Assembly (NCBI GenBank): GCA_913020725.1
Contig: CAJWCD010000080.1
Span: forward strand, 1 to 17,232
DNA length: 17,232 nt
Direction of reading: 5' to 3'
From: an uncultured Pseudomonadota bacterium
Lineage (GTDB): Bacteria; SAR324; NAC60-12
Each line of letters opens with the position of its first letter. Position 1 is the stretch's first letter. A program made the translations under genes and the position numbers. Below are positions 1-7,685 of the stretch, piece after piece. The notes beneath the pieces were generated by a model. It made no database searches. It had not been told where the DNA came from and worked only from the letters and a program-made list of their open reading frames with translations.

Positions 1-128
1 CGGGTAATCCCCTTGTCGGAAACAAAGGCAGGAAGCGTGAACAGCAGGATGGCAAACGCCAGCGCGAGGGGGATGCGCTTGACCACACAAACGTGGATTG
101 CGCCCCGGAGGTTGTATTGAGATAACAT
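1..128 (-). CDS. 5' part of a probable exported or membrane protein that runs off the left edge of the window
   Basis: Manual translation of the minus strand from ATG at 128 (alternative GTG at 86) gives MLSQYNLRGAIHVCVVKRIPLALAFAILLFTLPAFVSDKGIT. The basic KR followed by a hydrophobic run resembles a signal peptide. The frame is open to the window edge. Confidence 0.45.
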   Translation of the reverse strand, partial: MLSQYNLRGAIHVCVVKRIPLALAFAILLFTLPAFVSDKGIT

Positions 129-262
129 TGGCACTATGAAGGATCGGTGTACTTTGCATGGGGTTTTAGCACACCGATCAGGGCTCTGCAAGCCCGTACT
201 GAAACTCGTCAAATTTGGAGGGGATTACTGCGGAGTGCCGAGTTCGGGCATCCATACACTGA

Positions 263-400
263 GGAATCCCATGCGCCAAACCTTCACCAGTAGTCGAAGT
301 TCAACCCAGCCGATCTCGCCACTGCTCAAGTCGTGGCCATGTCGGCGATTTTAACCCATCTAGCGAGCCTTTTGACATGAACCCAACCCCACGCAAGGTC
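263..400 (+). pseudogene. Possible decayed, frameshifted copy of the downstream XRE HTH gene
   Basis: Shares GGAATCCCATG (263-273 vs 496-506). Collinear peptide matches occur in shifting frames: MRQTF vs MTQPF, FNPADLA vs LNPADVA, HEPN vs NEPN. Confidence 0.4.
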
Positions 401-503
401 AACCATTTCCGTTGCGTGGCGGCGATTCTGAGCGGTCAAATAGGCTCTACCCTGAATTCGTGGCTGGCTAGTGTAAACGTGCCTCACCATCCGACGGAAT
501 CCC

Positions 504-785
504 ATGACCCAACCATTTGCCCGCCGACTGCGAAACATTTTGATCCGCGAACGACTCAACCCCGCTGATGTTGCCCGCTGTCTCGGTGGCCAACACCGTG
601 ATGGCGTTACCGTGAGCAACTGGCTATCGGGACGCAACGAACCGAACATGCGGAATTTGCTGAGACTCTCCACCGCCCTCGACGTGGAGCCGATGGAGTT
701 CATCAAGCAAGACGATCCCGGAAGCATCATCCGGTCAGCCCGTTCATCCCCACACAAAATTTTGTTTGACCTCTCTCTAGGTTAG
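504..785 (+). CDS. XRE/Cro-C1 family helix-turn-helix transcriptional regulator
   Basis: The sequence FARRLRNIL...PADVARCLG...TVSNWLSGRNEPNMRNLLRLSTALDVEPMEF follows the canonical HTH_XRE pattern (S-x-W-x-x-G-x-x-x-P, L-x-x-L-x-x-A-L-x-V). Confidence 0.85.
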   Translation: MTQPFARRLRNILIRERLNPADVARCLGGQHRDGVTVSNWLSGRNEPNMRNLLRLSTALDVEPMEFIKQDDPGSIIRSARSSPHKILFDLSLG

Positions 786-815
786 GGTCAATCTGTCCGG
801 AGAAGAAGGAAACTC

Positions 816-938
816 ATGCCCAACAGATTCGCCTACAGAACAGAGAAAAAAATCGAGTCCTGGCCCTTGGTTTCGGGATCAGAAATCCCCCATTTTCTCA
901 GTTTTCATCGGGCGAAACACCCTTGCGGAAGTCACTGA
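816..938 (+). CDS. Small 40-aa ORF, hypothetical or a gene remnant
   Basis: AGAAGAAGGA purine tract 5 nt before the ATG. Translation is MPNRFAYRTEKKIESWPLVSGSEIPHFLSFHRAKHPCGSH. No recognisable family. Confidence 0.2.
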   Translation: MPNRFAYRTEKKIESWPLVSGSEIPHFLSFHRAKHPCGSH

Positions 939-962
939 AAGTGGACGAAAATCCCGGAGATT

Positions 963-1041
963 GGTGGGGGATACGGTGGGGGAAACGAATTGATGATTCC
1001 GAAAAACAGGGCTAAATGATTGATTTCAGAAAGGAAGGCCG
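963..1041. mobile_element. Putative att-arm region of an integrative element at the tRNA-Gly 3' end
   Basis: Direct repeat GGTGGGGGA at 963-971 and 975-983 resembles tyrosine-integrase arm-type sites. There is a perfect IHF consensus WATCAANNNNTTR (AATCAATCATTTA, minus strand, 1013-1025) 16 nt from the tRNA CCA end. Confidence 0.6.
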
Positions 1042-1117
1042 TGGAGCGAGAAACGGGATTCGAACCCGCGACCTCAACCTTGGCAAGGTTGCGCTCTACC
1101 AGCTGAGCTATTCTCGC
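1042..1117 (-). tRNA. tRNA-Gly (anticodon GCC) with encoded CCA
   Basis: The reverse complement is GCGAGAATAGCTCAGCTGGTAGAGCGCAACCTTGCCAAGGTTGAGGTCGCGGGTTCGAATCCCGTTTCTCGCTCCA (76 nt). It has acceptor stem GCGAGAA/TTCTCGC, a D arm, anticodon loop TTGCCAA and T-loop TTCGAAT. Confidence 0.98.
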
Positions 1118-1130
1118 ATCCAAGATCTTC

Positions 1131-1159
1131 AGTCTCGGAAAAAGGACGCGGAGAGTCAA
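1131..1159 (-). promoter_or_regulatory. Putative sigma70 promoter for tRNA-Gly
   Basis: Minus strand TTGACT (1159-1154), 17 nt, then GAGACT (1136-1131). It is preceded by an A-tract resembling an UP element and lies 13 nt upstream of the tRNA. Confidence 0.45.
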
Positions 1160-1306
1160 CCTTTTTTTGTGGTCACAGATTCCGGTGTCAGCCGACGCAT
1201 GGTCCTTGCACCTTTTTCCGAAAACTTCATGGCGCTTGACCCGTTTGGCTGGCAACGCTTCAGGAACCCTCAGAATTGCTCTTTCTGACGAGAGGCAAAT
1301 TTCCCT

Positions 1307-3064
1307 TTGATGCACCACCCCACTTTGCGTACAATCTGTGGCGTTGCCCTTGCCGCGCTGCTGACCCTGCCGGTGTCCCCCACGGTGTGGGGCGAGACGC
1401 AGTACGTCCTCAACGCCCCCAAGCGCCCAACCTACGACATCCCGGTGGTGGACAACCGGCGGGTGCGGCAGTTGATCTCCTTCTACACGGGACGCAAGCG
1501 CAAGCAACTCATCGAGGGCATCCGGCGTTCCGGACGTTACCTGCCGATGATGCGGCGCATTTTGCAGGAGGAGGGCTTGCCGCAAGACCTTGTCTTCATG
1601 GTTCCCGCCGAGAGCAACTTCAACAACCGCGCCCGCTCCCCGATGAGCGCGGTGGGGCTTTGGCAGTTCATTGCCTCGACCGGGCGCATCTACGGGCTCA
1701 AGATCGACGAGTGGGTGGACGAACGCCGTGATCCGGTGTTGGCCACCCGTGCAGCCGCTCGCTTCCTCAAGCGGCTGCATGAACGCTTTGGTGACTGGAC
1801 CTTGGCGATGGCGGCGTACAATACTGGCCCCGGTCGAGTGAGTCAGGCGTTGCGCTACAACAAACATCGTCGTCGTCCCACTGATTTCTGGAACCTGCGG
1901 CGGCTTCCCCGTGAGACCCGGAGCTACATCCCGGCCATTCTCGCCCTTGCGGTCATCTACAAGCACCGGGATTACTACGGGTTGGGGCACCTCAAGTTTG
2001 CAGCGCCGATGGCGGAGACGAAAATCTCGCTGCCGTCCACCTTTTCAATGAAGGAAACGGCACAACGTGCGGGTCTGTCATTTCAAACCCTCCAGACGCT
2101 CAACCTCACGTTTTACCGGGGCATGCCCCCGCTCAATCAAAAAACCTACCAACTCTACCTGCCGCTTGAGCGCCGGACCCAACTGGTCGCATCGATCAAA
2201 GCCAACCCGAAGCATTCGATCAAGTGGGTGGCCGCCGCTTCCGGATACCTCCCCAACACCCGCACCGTCACGCGGCTACTAGAGAAACACGGGGTTCCGA
2301 ACTATTTCCGGGTGCGCCGGGGCGATTCGCTTTGGGTGCTGGCGAAGAAACACCGGACCTCGGTGGGCCGCTTGGCCTACTGGAACCGCATCAAAACCTC
2401 CACCCTGCTCCGGGTCGGGCGACGGCTCAAGGTGTACACGCCCACTTGGGACGTGTTCCAGAAGGTGGCGGCACTACCCAAGCCCAAGCGCCGTGTGGTC
2501 GCATCCAAAAGCCGTAACTCCATCCGGGTGCGTCGTGGCACCACCCTTTCGCAAATCGCCCTGCGCTATCGTACATCCGTCGAGCAGCTAATGGCATGGA
2601 ACGGCCTGAACCGTCCGGAAGACTTGCGGGCCGGACAGCACTTGCGTGTCAAGCCACTGAAAAAGCAAAAAAACAAAGTGGTTGCGTCTCGCAACGGCGA
2701 CTCCATCCGGGTGCGGCGGGGCACCACGCTTTCCGGAATCGCCTTGCGGCATCGGGTGTCGGTACAGAAATTGTTGAGTTGGAACGGCTTGAAACGCCCC
2801 ACTGACTTGCGGGCGGGACAATGGCTCCGTCTCAAGCCACCGCGACAGGTGACGGTCTCTGTTTCCGGAACGACATCCCCATCCTCGGCAGCAAAACAGC
2901 ATCACCGCGAGGTGATCCGGGTGCGGCGCGGGGACACGCTCTGGAATCTCGCCCGGCGCTACGGCACCTCGGTCAAGAAACTGATTGCGCTCAACGACCT
3001 CAAATCCGGCGGCTACCTGCAAACCAATCAGGAGTTGATCGTTCCCGTCGCGAAAAAAATCTGA
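1307..3064 (+). CDS. mltD: MltD-like lytic murein transglycosylase (SLT domain plus 4 LysM domains)
   Basis: N-terminal signal peptide. SLT motifs AESNFN, A-x-GLWQFI, VDERRDP, DWTLAMAAYNTGPGRV and LPRETRSYIP. Four LysM repeats of the form (F/I)RVRRG(D/T)(S/T)L...L..(W/L)N. Confidence 0.92.
   Translation: MMHHPTLRTICGVALAALLTLPVSPTVWGETQYVLNAPKRPTYDIPVVDNRRVRQLISFYTGRKRKQLIEGIRRSGRYLPMMRRILQEEGLPQDLVFMVPAESNFNNRARSPMSAVGLWQFIASTGRIYGLKIDEWVDERRDPVLATRAAARFLKRLHERFGDWTLAMAAYNTGPGRVSQALRYNKHRRRPTDFWNLRRLPRETRSYIPAILALAVIYKHRDYYGLGHLKFAAPMAETKISLPSTFSMKETAQRAGLSFQTLQTLNLTFYRGMPPLNQKTYQLYLPLERRTQLVASIKANPKHSIKWVAAASGYLPNTRTVTRLLEKHGVPNYFRVRRGDSLWVLAKKHRTSVGRLAYWNRIKTSTLLRVGRRLKVYTPTWDVFQKVAALPKPKRRVVASKSRNSIRVRRGTTLSQIALRYRTSVEQLMAWNGLNRPEDLRAGQHLRVKPLKKQKNKVVASRNGDSIRVRRGTTLSGIALRHRVSVQKLLSWNGLKRPTDLRAGQWLRLKPPRQVTVSVSGTTSPSSAAKQHHREVIRVRRGDTLWNLARRYGTSVKKLIALNDLKSGGYLQTNQELIVPVAKKI
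2495..2840 (+). repeat. Intragenic tandem duplication of LysM2 and LysM3 (183-nt period)
   Basis: CTCCATCCGGGTGCG occurs at 2518 and 2701, GACTTGCGGGC occurs in both units, and both units end AAGCCAC (2657 and 2840). The peptide VVAS...SIRVRRGTTLS.IALR...WNGL.RP.DLRAGQ.LR.KP is repeated. Confidence 0.8.
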
Positions 3065-3072
3065 ACCCGTTC

Positions 3073-3921
3073 ATGTTCACCACAGAGAAAAAAACGCTGC
3101 TCATCGAGGCGCTGTCCTACATCCAACGTTTCCGGGAGCAAACCGTTGTGATCAAGTACGGAGGTGCGGCGATGATTGATCCGGAACTCAAGCGGGCCTT
3201 CGCGCAGGATGTGCTGCTGCTGCAATCGCTGGGGATGCGGCCCGTGATCGTGCATGGCGGCGGCCCGGAGATTTCCCGGACGATGGAGCAGATGGGGCAG
3301 GAGGTCGCGTTCGTCAACGGGTTGCGGGTGACAAGCGCAGCGAACCTGAAGGTCACCGAAATGGTCCTCTCCGGAACAATCAACAAGGAGATCATCGCCA
3401 ACCTGAACACTTTCCACGGCAAGGCGGTGGGAGTGAGTGGCAAGGACGGGCATCTCATCGAGGCGCACAAGAAGAAGCACGAAAACGGAGTGGACCTTGG
3501 CTATGTTGGAGAGATCACCAGCATCAACCCAGAATTGCTCGAACTGCTGCTGGATCGCGGCTTCCTGCCCGTGGTTTCCCCCATCGGCCTTGGTCTTGAC
3601 GGCACCACCTACAACATCAACGCCGACACGGCAGCATCCCACATTGCCGTGGCATTGGGGGCTTATAAGATCATCTTTATGACCGATGTTGATGGGATTC
3701 TTGTGAACGGAGAACTCACCTCAGAGCTTTCTGCCCAACGCGCAGCAGAGTTGCTTGCCGACGGTACGATCAAAGGCGGCATGGCCCCCAAGGTGGAAGC
3801 CGGACTGCACTGCGTCGCCAGCGGTGTCCCCTCCGCGCAGATCATCAACGGCACCGACCCGCATTCCGTGATCGCGGAACTCTTCACTGATCAGGGTATC
3901 GGTACTAAGATTGTCTCCTGA
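3073..3921 (+). CDS. argB: Acetylglutamate kinase
   Basis: Motifs LIEALSYIQRF, VVIKYGGAAM, IVHGGGPEI, GLRVT, NINADTAA, MTDVDGI and GGMAPKV. The true start is taken as ATG 3073 (MFTTEKK), 8 nt after the mltD stop. Confidence 0.95.
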   Translation: MFTTEKKTLLIEALSYIQRFREQTVVIKYGGAAMIDPELKRAFAQDVLLLQSLGMRPVIVHGGGPEISRTMEQMGQEVAFVNGLRVTSAANLKVTEMVLSGTINKEIIANLNTFHGKAVGVSGKDGHLIEAHKKKHENGVDLGYVGEITSINPELLELLLDRGFLPVVSPIGLGLDGTTYNINADTAASHIAVALGAYKIIFMTDVDGILVNGELTSELSAQRAAELLADGTIKGGMAPKVEAGLHCVASGVPSAQIINGTDPHSVIAELFTDQGIGTKIVS

Positions 3922-3930
3922 TTTCCTGGA

Positions 3931-4869
3931 TCAACTTTCCAGAAATTCCTGAATTGACTGCTGGGCCGCGCTGAGGTTTTCCGGAGCAAACCAGCGGAAG
4001 CCCGGCTCCTTGCGGAACCACGTCATTTGCCGCTTGGCGTACTGCCGGGTGCGCTGCTGAATCCGGAGGGTCATCGCCTCGCGGTTCAACCCTCCATGCA
4101 GGTGTTGGATGATTTCCAGATAGCCGATGGCTTGGAAGGGTTTGAGATCTAGCGGGTAGCGTTTCAGCAAGCTTTCGACTTCCTCGATCCATCCGGAGGC
4201 GAGCATCGCATGGGTGCGCTCGTTGATGCGGGTGATAAGCGTTTCGCGGGGATGCTCGATTCCGCCGATCCACACCGGAAACAGCGAAGAGCTGAATGGT
4301 CGCTGCTTCCGGAAATCTGCAATCGGGCGACCATGCGCTTGCACCACTTCCAATGCTCGCAGCACACGGATGGTGTCGTTTGGATGCAGTGCTGCGGCTC
4401 CCTCGGAGTCGAGTTCCTGCAACGCTTCCCAGCAGGCCGGAGTGCCTTGCGTTTCCTGTAGCGCCAGCACTGCTTGCCGCACGGTTTCCGGGATTTCTGG
4501 AATCTCGCTGAGCCCGTACACCAGCGCACGGTAGTAGAGCCCGGTGCCGCCCACCAACACAGGCACTCGTCCTCTGGAGACCACATCCGCCAGCACCCGT
4601 TGCGTGTCCCGGACATATTGTCCTGCCGAATAATGCCCGTCCGGAGCAACGAGGTCAAGCTGGTGATGCCGCACTCGTTGCTGTTCCTCCGGAGTGGGCT
4701 TAGCGGTGCCGAGGTCCATGCCCCGGTACACCTGCATCGAATCCGTGCTGATGATTTCGCCGCTGTTGGTTTCCGCCACCTCCAACGCCAGCGAACTCTT
4801 GCCGCTCGCGGTTGGCCCTGCGATGACCACGAGCTTAGGCTGCTGGGCAGAAACCATTTCACTCGGCAT
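3931..4869 (-). CDS. miaA: tRNA (adenosine(37)-N6)-dimethylallyltransferase
   Basis: Motifs IAGPTASGKS, EIISTDSMQVYRGMDLGTAKP, VGGTGLY, QAIGY and TRQYAKRQMTWFR. The start is probably ATG 4869 or 4857 rather than 4983. Confidence 0.95.
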   Translation of the reverse strand: MPSEMVSAQQPKLVVIAGPTASGKSSLALEVAETNSGEIISTDSMQVYRGMDLGTAKPTPEEQQRVRHHQLDLVAPDGHYSAGQYVRDTQRVLADVVSRGRVPVLVGGTGLYYRALVYGLSEIPEIPETVRQAVLALQETQGTPACWEALQELDSEGAAALHPNDTIRVLRALEVVQAHGRPIADFRKQRPFSSSLFPVWIGGIEHPRETLITRINERTHAMLASGWIEEVESLLKRYPLDLKPFQAIGYLEIIQHLHGGLNREAMTLRIQQRTRQYAKRQMTWFRKEPGFRWFAPENLSAAQQSIQEFLES

Positions 4870-4998
4870 GGAGTTTGTTTGCCTCGCCCTCGTGATTTTC
4901 CTTGCTGCCTGCAAGGCTTTTGGCTTGCCTTGTCCGGGCATCTCCGTGATGCTGAACGGGTCTTTCCGTGGCCTTTCCTTCACCCAGACCTTCCCTCA

Positions 4999-6111
4999 AT
5001 GTTTGACCGCAGGCTGTTGTCCAATTTCGACTGGATTTTGCTGGGGCTGGTGGTGGTCCTGTGCAGCGTGGGCATGCTCGCCATGTACTCTGCCACCTTG
5101 GGTTCTCCGGAGAAACAGGGCTACTTCACCCGGCAGGCCTACTGGATGTTCACCGGATTCGGGGTGGTTCTCGCCACTCAGTTCATCCACTACCGCAACT
5201 GGGCGCAGTTGGGCATCTTCCTGCACCTCGCCGTGGTCGGATTGCTGGTGCTGGTGCTGCTCTACGGCACAGGCGGGCCGGGCACTTCCGTGCAACGCTG
5301 GCTCAAGATCGGGCCGATTTTCATGCAGCCTTCGGAGTTCTGCAAAATCACCCTCGTCCTCACCTTGGCCTATCACTTTCGGGATTCCGGAAGCGACAAC
5401 CATCGCCTCATGAAACTCCTGCGCATGGTGTGGTCGGCGCTGCTGATTCTCGTTCCGGTCGTCCTCATCGTCCGGCAACCCGATCTTGGCACTGCACTGC
5501 TGTTGCTGATCATCTACTTCCCCATCGTTTTTCTGATGGGGCTGAGTGCCCTGACCCTGCTGGGGTTGGGGATACTGGGAGCCGTGTCCCTGCCCATCGC
5601 GTGGCTCTCTTACCTCAAGCCCTACCAGAAGGAGCGTATCCTCACCTTTCTCAATCCGGAGCGTGACCCGCTGGGGGCGGGCTACCACATCATCCAATCG
5701 AAAATCGCCGTGGGCAGCGGCCAGTTTTGGGGCACGGGCTTGGGTGAGGGCACACAGGGCCAACTGAACTTTCTCCCTGCCAGTCATACCGATTTCATCT
5801 TTGCCGTCTTCTCCGAGGAGTGGGGCTTTTTCGGGTCCATGTTCGTGCTGTTGCTCTTTCTGCTGCTCACCCTCTGGTCGCTTGGGGGTATCTTCCGGAG
5901 CCGTGATCGCGTCAGTGCGGTCTTGAGCGTTGGGGTGGTCGCCATGATCACCTCCCACGTTCTCATCAACATTGGCATGACCTTGGGGTTGATGCCAGTC
6001 GTTGGCGTTCCCCTGCCCTTCTTCAGCTATGGCGGCTCGTCGATCCTCACCATGATGTTTGGGGTGGGGCTATTGCTCAACATCCGCATGCGTCGGTTTG
6101 AATCCACCTGA
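4999..6111 (+). CDS. rodA: Rod shape-determining protein RodA (SEDS peptidoglycan glycosyltransferase)
   Basis: Polytopic membrane protein starting MFDRRLLSNFDW. Motifs QRW, QPSEFCK, QPDLGTA, LKPYQKERI, DPLGAGYHIIQSKIAVGSG, FLPASHTDFIF and GVPLPFFSYGGSS. Confidence 0.95.
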   Translation: MFDRRLLSNFDWILLGLVVVLCSVGMLAMYSATLGSPEKQGYFTRQAYWMFTGFGVVLATQFIHYRNWAQLGIFLHLAVVGLLVLVLLYGTGGPGTSVQRWLKIGPIFMQPSEFCKITLVLTLAYHFRDSGSDNHRLMKLLRMVWSALLILVPVVLIVRQPDLGTALLLLIIYFPIVFLMGLSALTLLGLGILGAVSLPIAWLSYLKPYQKERILTFLNPERDPLGAGYHIIQSKIAVGSGQFWGTGLGEGTQGQLNFLPASHTDFIFAVFSEEWGFFGSMFVLLLFLLLTLWSLGGIFRSRDRVSAVLSVGVVAMITSHVLINIGMTLGLMPVVGVPLPFFSYGGSSILTMMFGVGLLLNIRMRRFEST

Positions 6112-6166
6112 TGGAGCGTTTACGCCCCTAAGTCCAACCACCACCTACAGCCTCAACCCCTAAACC

Positions 6167-7603
6167 ATGTCCGTCCGCCTCCGTTTTGCTCCCAGTCCCA
6201 CCGGTTATCTCCATGTTGGAGGGCTGCGTACGGCCCTCTTCGCGTGGCTCTACACCCGTCGGCACGGAGGGCAGTTCATTTTCCGGTTGGAGGACACTGA
6301 CCAAAATCGGTTTGTTTCCGGGGCGGAAGCAAACCTGATTCGCACGTTGGCTTGGGCGGGGATTGATCACGACGAAGGTCCGGACAAAGGAGGGGGTCAT
6401 GGCCCCTATCGTCAATCCGAACGGCTTGAACTCTACCAGCAACACGCCCAGCAACTGGTTGGGCAGGGCGATGCTTATCCGTGCTTTTGCACTCCGGAAC
6501 GACTGGAGCAACTTCGTGTGGAGCAACAGGCCAAAGGCGAAACCCCGCGCTACGATGGACATTGTCGCGAACTTGCGACGTCTGCAGCCGATGAGCGAGT
6601 TGCCACAGGCGAGGCCCATGTCATCCGCATGAAGGTTCCGGAAACTCCGGAAATCCTAGTGCTGGACGATCTCGTGCGGGGACGAGTCGCGATTGAAACC
6701 ACCCAGACCGAGGATCAGGTGATTATCAAAAGCGATGGTTTTCCGACCTATCACCTTGCTGTTGTCGTGGACGACCACCACATGGCGATCAGCCACTGTG
6801 TGCGTGGGGAAGAGTGGCTGCCGTCCTTTCCAAAGCATCTGCTGCTCTATCGCTATTTGGACTGGGAGCCGCCGCAGTTTGCACACCTCCCCCTCATCCT
6901 CAATCCGGATCGCACTAAGCTCAGCAAACGACAGGGGGATGTGGCCGTTGAGGATTTTCGGGATCAGGGTTATTTGCCTGAAACGCTGATAAATTTCATC
7001 GCTCTGCTAGGCTGGAGTCCGGCGGATGATCGGGAACTCTTCTCACTCGCGGAATTGGTAGAACAGTTCGGGTTTGAACATGTCAACCGCGCCGGAGCGG
7101 TGTTTGACCGCGACAAGCTCAACTGGATGAACCAGCAACACCTCCAGTCACTGGCTCCGGAGGATTGCTTTGTACGGCTGCGCCCCTTTATCGCACAAAC
7201 GCCTTACGCTGGTGTGGACGAGGACTTGCTGCGCAACATTAGCTCAGCGGTGCAAAACCGGTTGGTGACGCTTCAGGACATCAGCACACGCCTGCCGCTC
7301 TTCCTTGAGGAAAATCCGGAACTCCAAAATCAGGAGGTGAGCGCACTGCTCCAGCAGGAAGATTCCCAAACCGTGCTGGAAACTTTCCTCCGTCATGCTG
7401 AAGCGACTGATTTAAATGGAGAGACCCTTCCGCAAATCGCCAAGGCGGTGCAGCAGGAAACCGGATTCAAGGGTCGTCAGCTTTGGCTGCCCCTGCGCGG
7501 GGCCATCACGCACGAGTTGCAGGGTCCGGACTTGCACCTGCTGGTGGGTATCTTTGGCAAGGACAAGTGCCTGCGGCTGATTCGGCAAGCTCTCACCTGC
7601 TGA
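6167..7603 (+). CDS. gltX: Glutamate--tRNA ligase
   Basis: RFAPSPTGYLHVGG (HIGH motif), RLEDTDQ, YRQSER, PTYHLAVVVDD, RGEEWL and KLSKR (KMSKS motif), followed by a C-terminal anticodon-binding domain. Confidence 0.96.
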   Translation: MSVRLRFAPSPTGYLHVGGLRTALFAWLYTRRHGGQFIFRLEDTDQNRFVSGAEANLIRTLAWAGIDHDEGPDKGGGHGPYRQSERLELYQQHAQQLVGQGDAYPCFCTPERLEQLRVEQQAKGETPRYDGHCRELATSAADERVATGEAHVIRMKVPETPEILVLDDLVRGRVAIETTQTEDQVIIKSDGFPTYHLAVVVDDHHMAISHCVRGEEWLPSFPKHLLLYRYLDWEPPQFAHLPLILNPDRTKLSKRQGDVAVEDFRDQGYLPETLINFIALLGWSPADDRELFSLAELVEQFGFEHVNRAGAVFDRDKLNWMNQQHLQSLAPEDCFVRLRPFIAQTPYAGVDEDLLRNISSAVQNRLVTLQDISTRLPLFLEENPELQNQEVSALLQQEDSQTVLETFLRHAEATDLNGETLPQIAKAVQQETGFKGRQLWLPLRGAITHELQGPDLHLLVGIFGKDKCLRLIRQALTC

Positions 7604-7627
7604 CTTGACGAGGTTTCAAGTCTCGCT

Positions 7628-7656
7628 TTGACTATTTTCGTCCAGCAATTCAAAAT
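7628..7656 (+). promoter_or_regulatory. Putative sigma70 promoter for lepB-map-hflK
   Basis: TTGACT (7628-7633), 17 nt, then CAAAAT (7651-7656), in the AT-rich gltX-lepB gap, 29 nt before the lepB ATG. Confidence 0.5.
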
Positions 7657-7685
7657 GAAAGTTTGTCTTGTTTTGATACGATTTC

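Noticed and set aside
326..757. 143-aa minus-strand ORF opposite the XRE gene
   Set aside because: No recognisable motif, and the plus-strand frame has a clear HTH_XRE signature.
932..1990. 352-aa minus-strand ORF, and the 1016..1288 plus-strand ORF
   Set aside because: The long ORF is an antisense shadow of mltD that reads through the tRNA gene (ARIAQLVERNLAKVEVAGSNPVSRS is translated tRNA). The short ORF is the tRNA antisense.
2821..3072. Apparent 84-aa N-terminal extension of ArgB
   Set aside because: It overlaps the last LysM of mltD in another frame. ArgB similarity begins at M 3073.
4474..4998. Apparent 175-aa N-terminal extension of RodA, and the 38-aa extension of MiaA to 4983
   Set aside because: The RodA extension is antisense to miaA, and the RodA-type start MFDRRLL is at 4999. 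The MiaA extension would leave almost no room for the divergent promoters.
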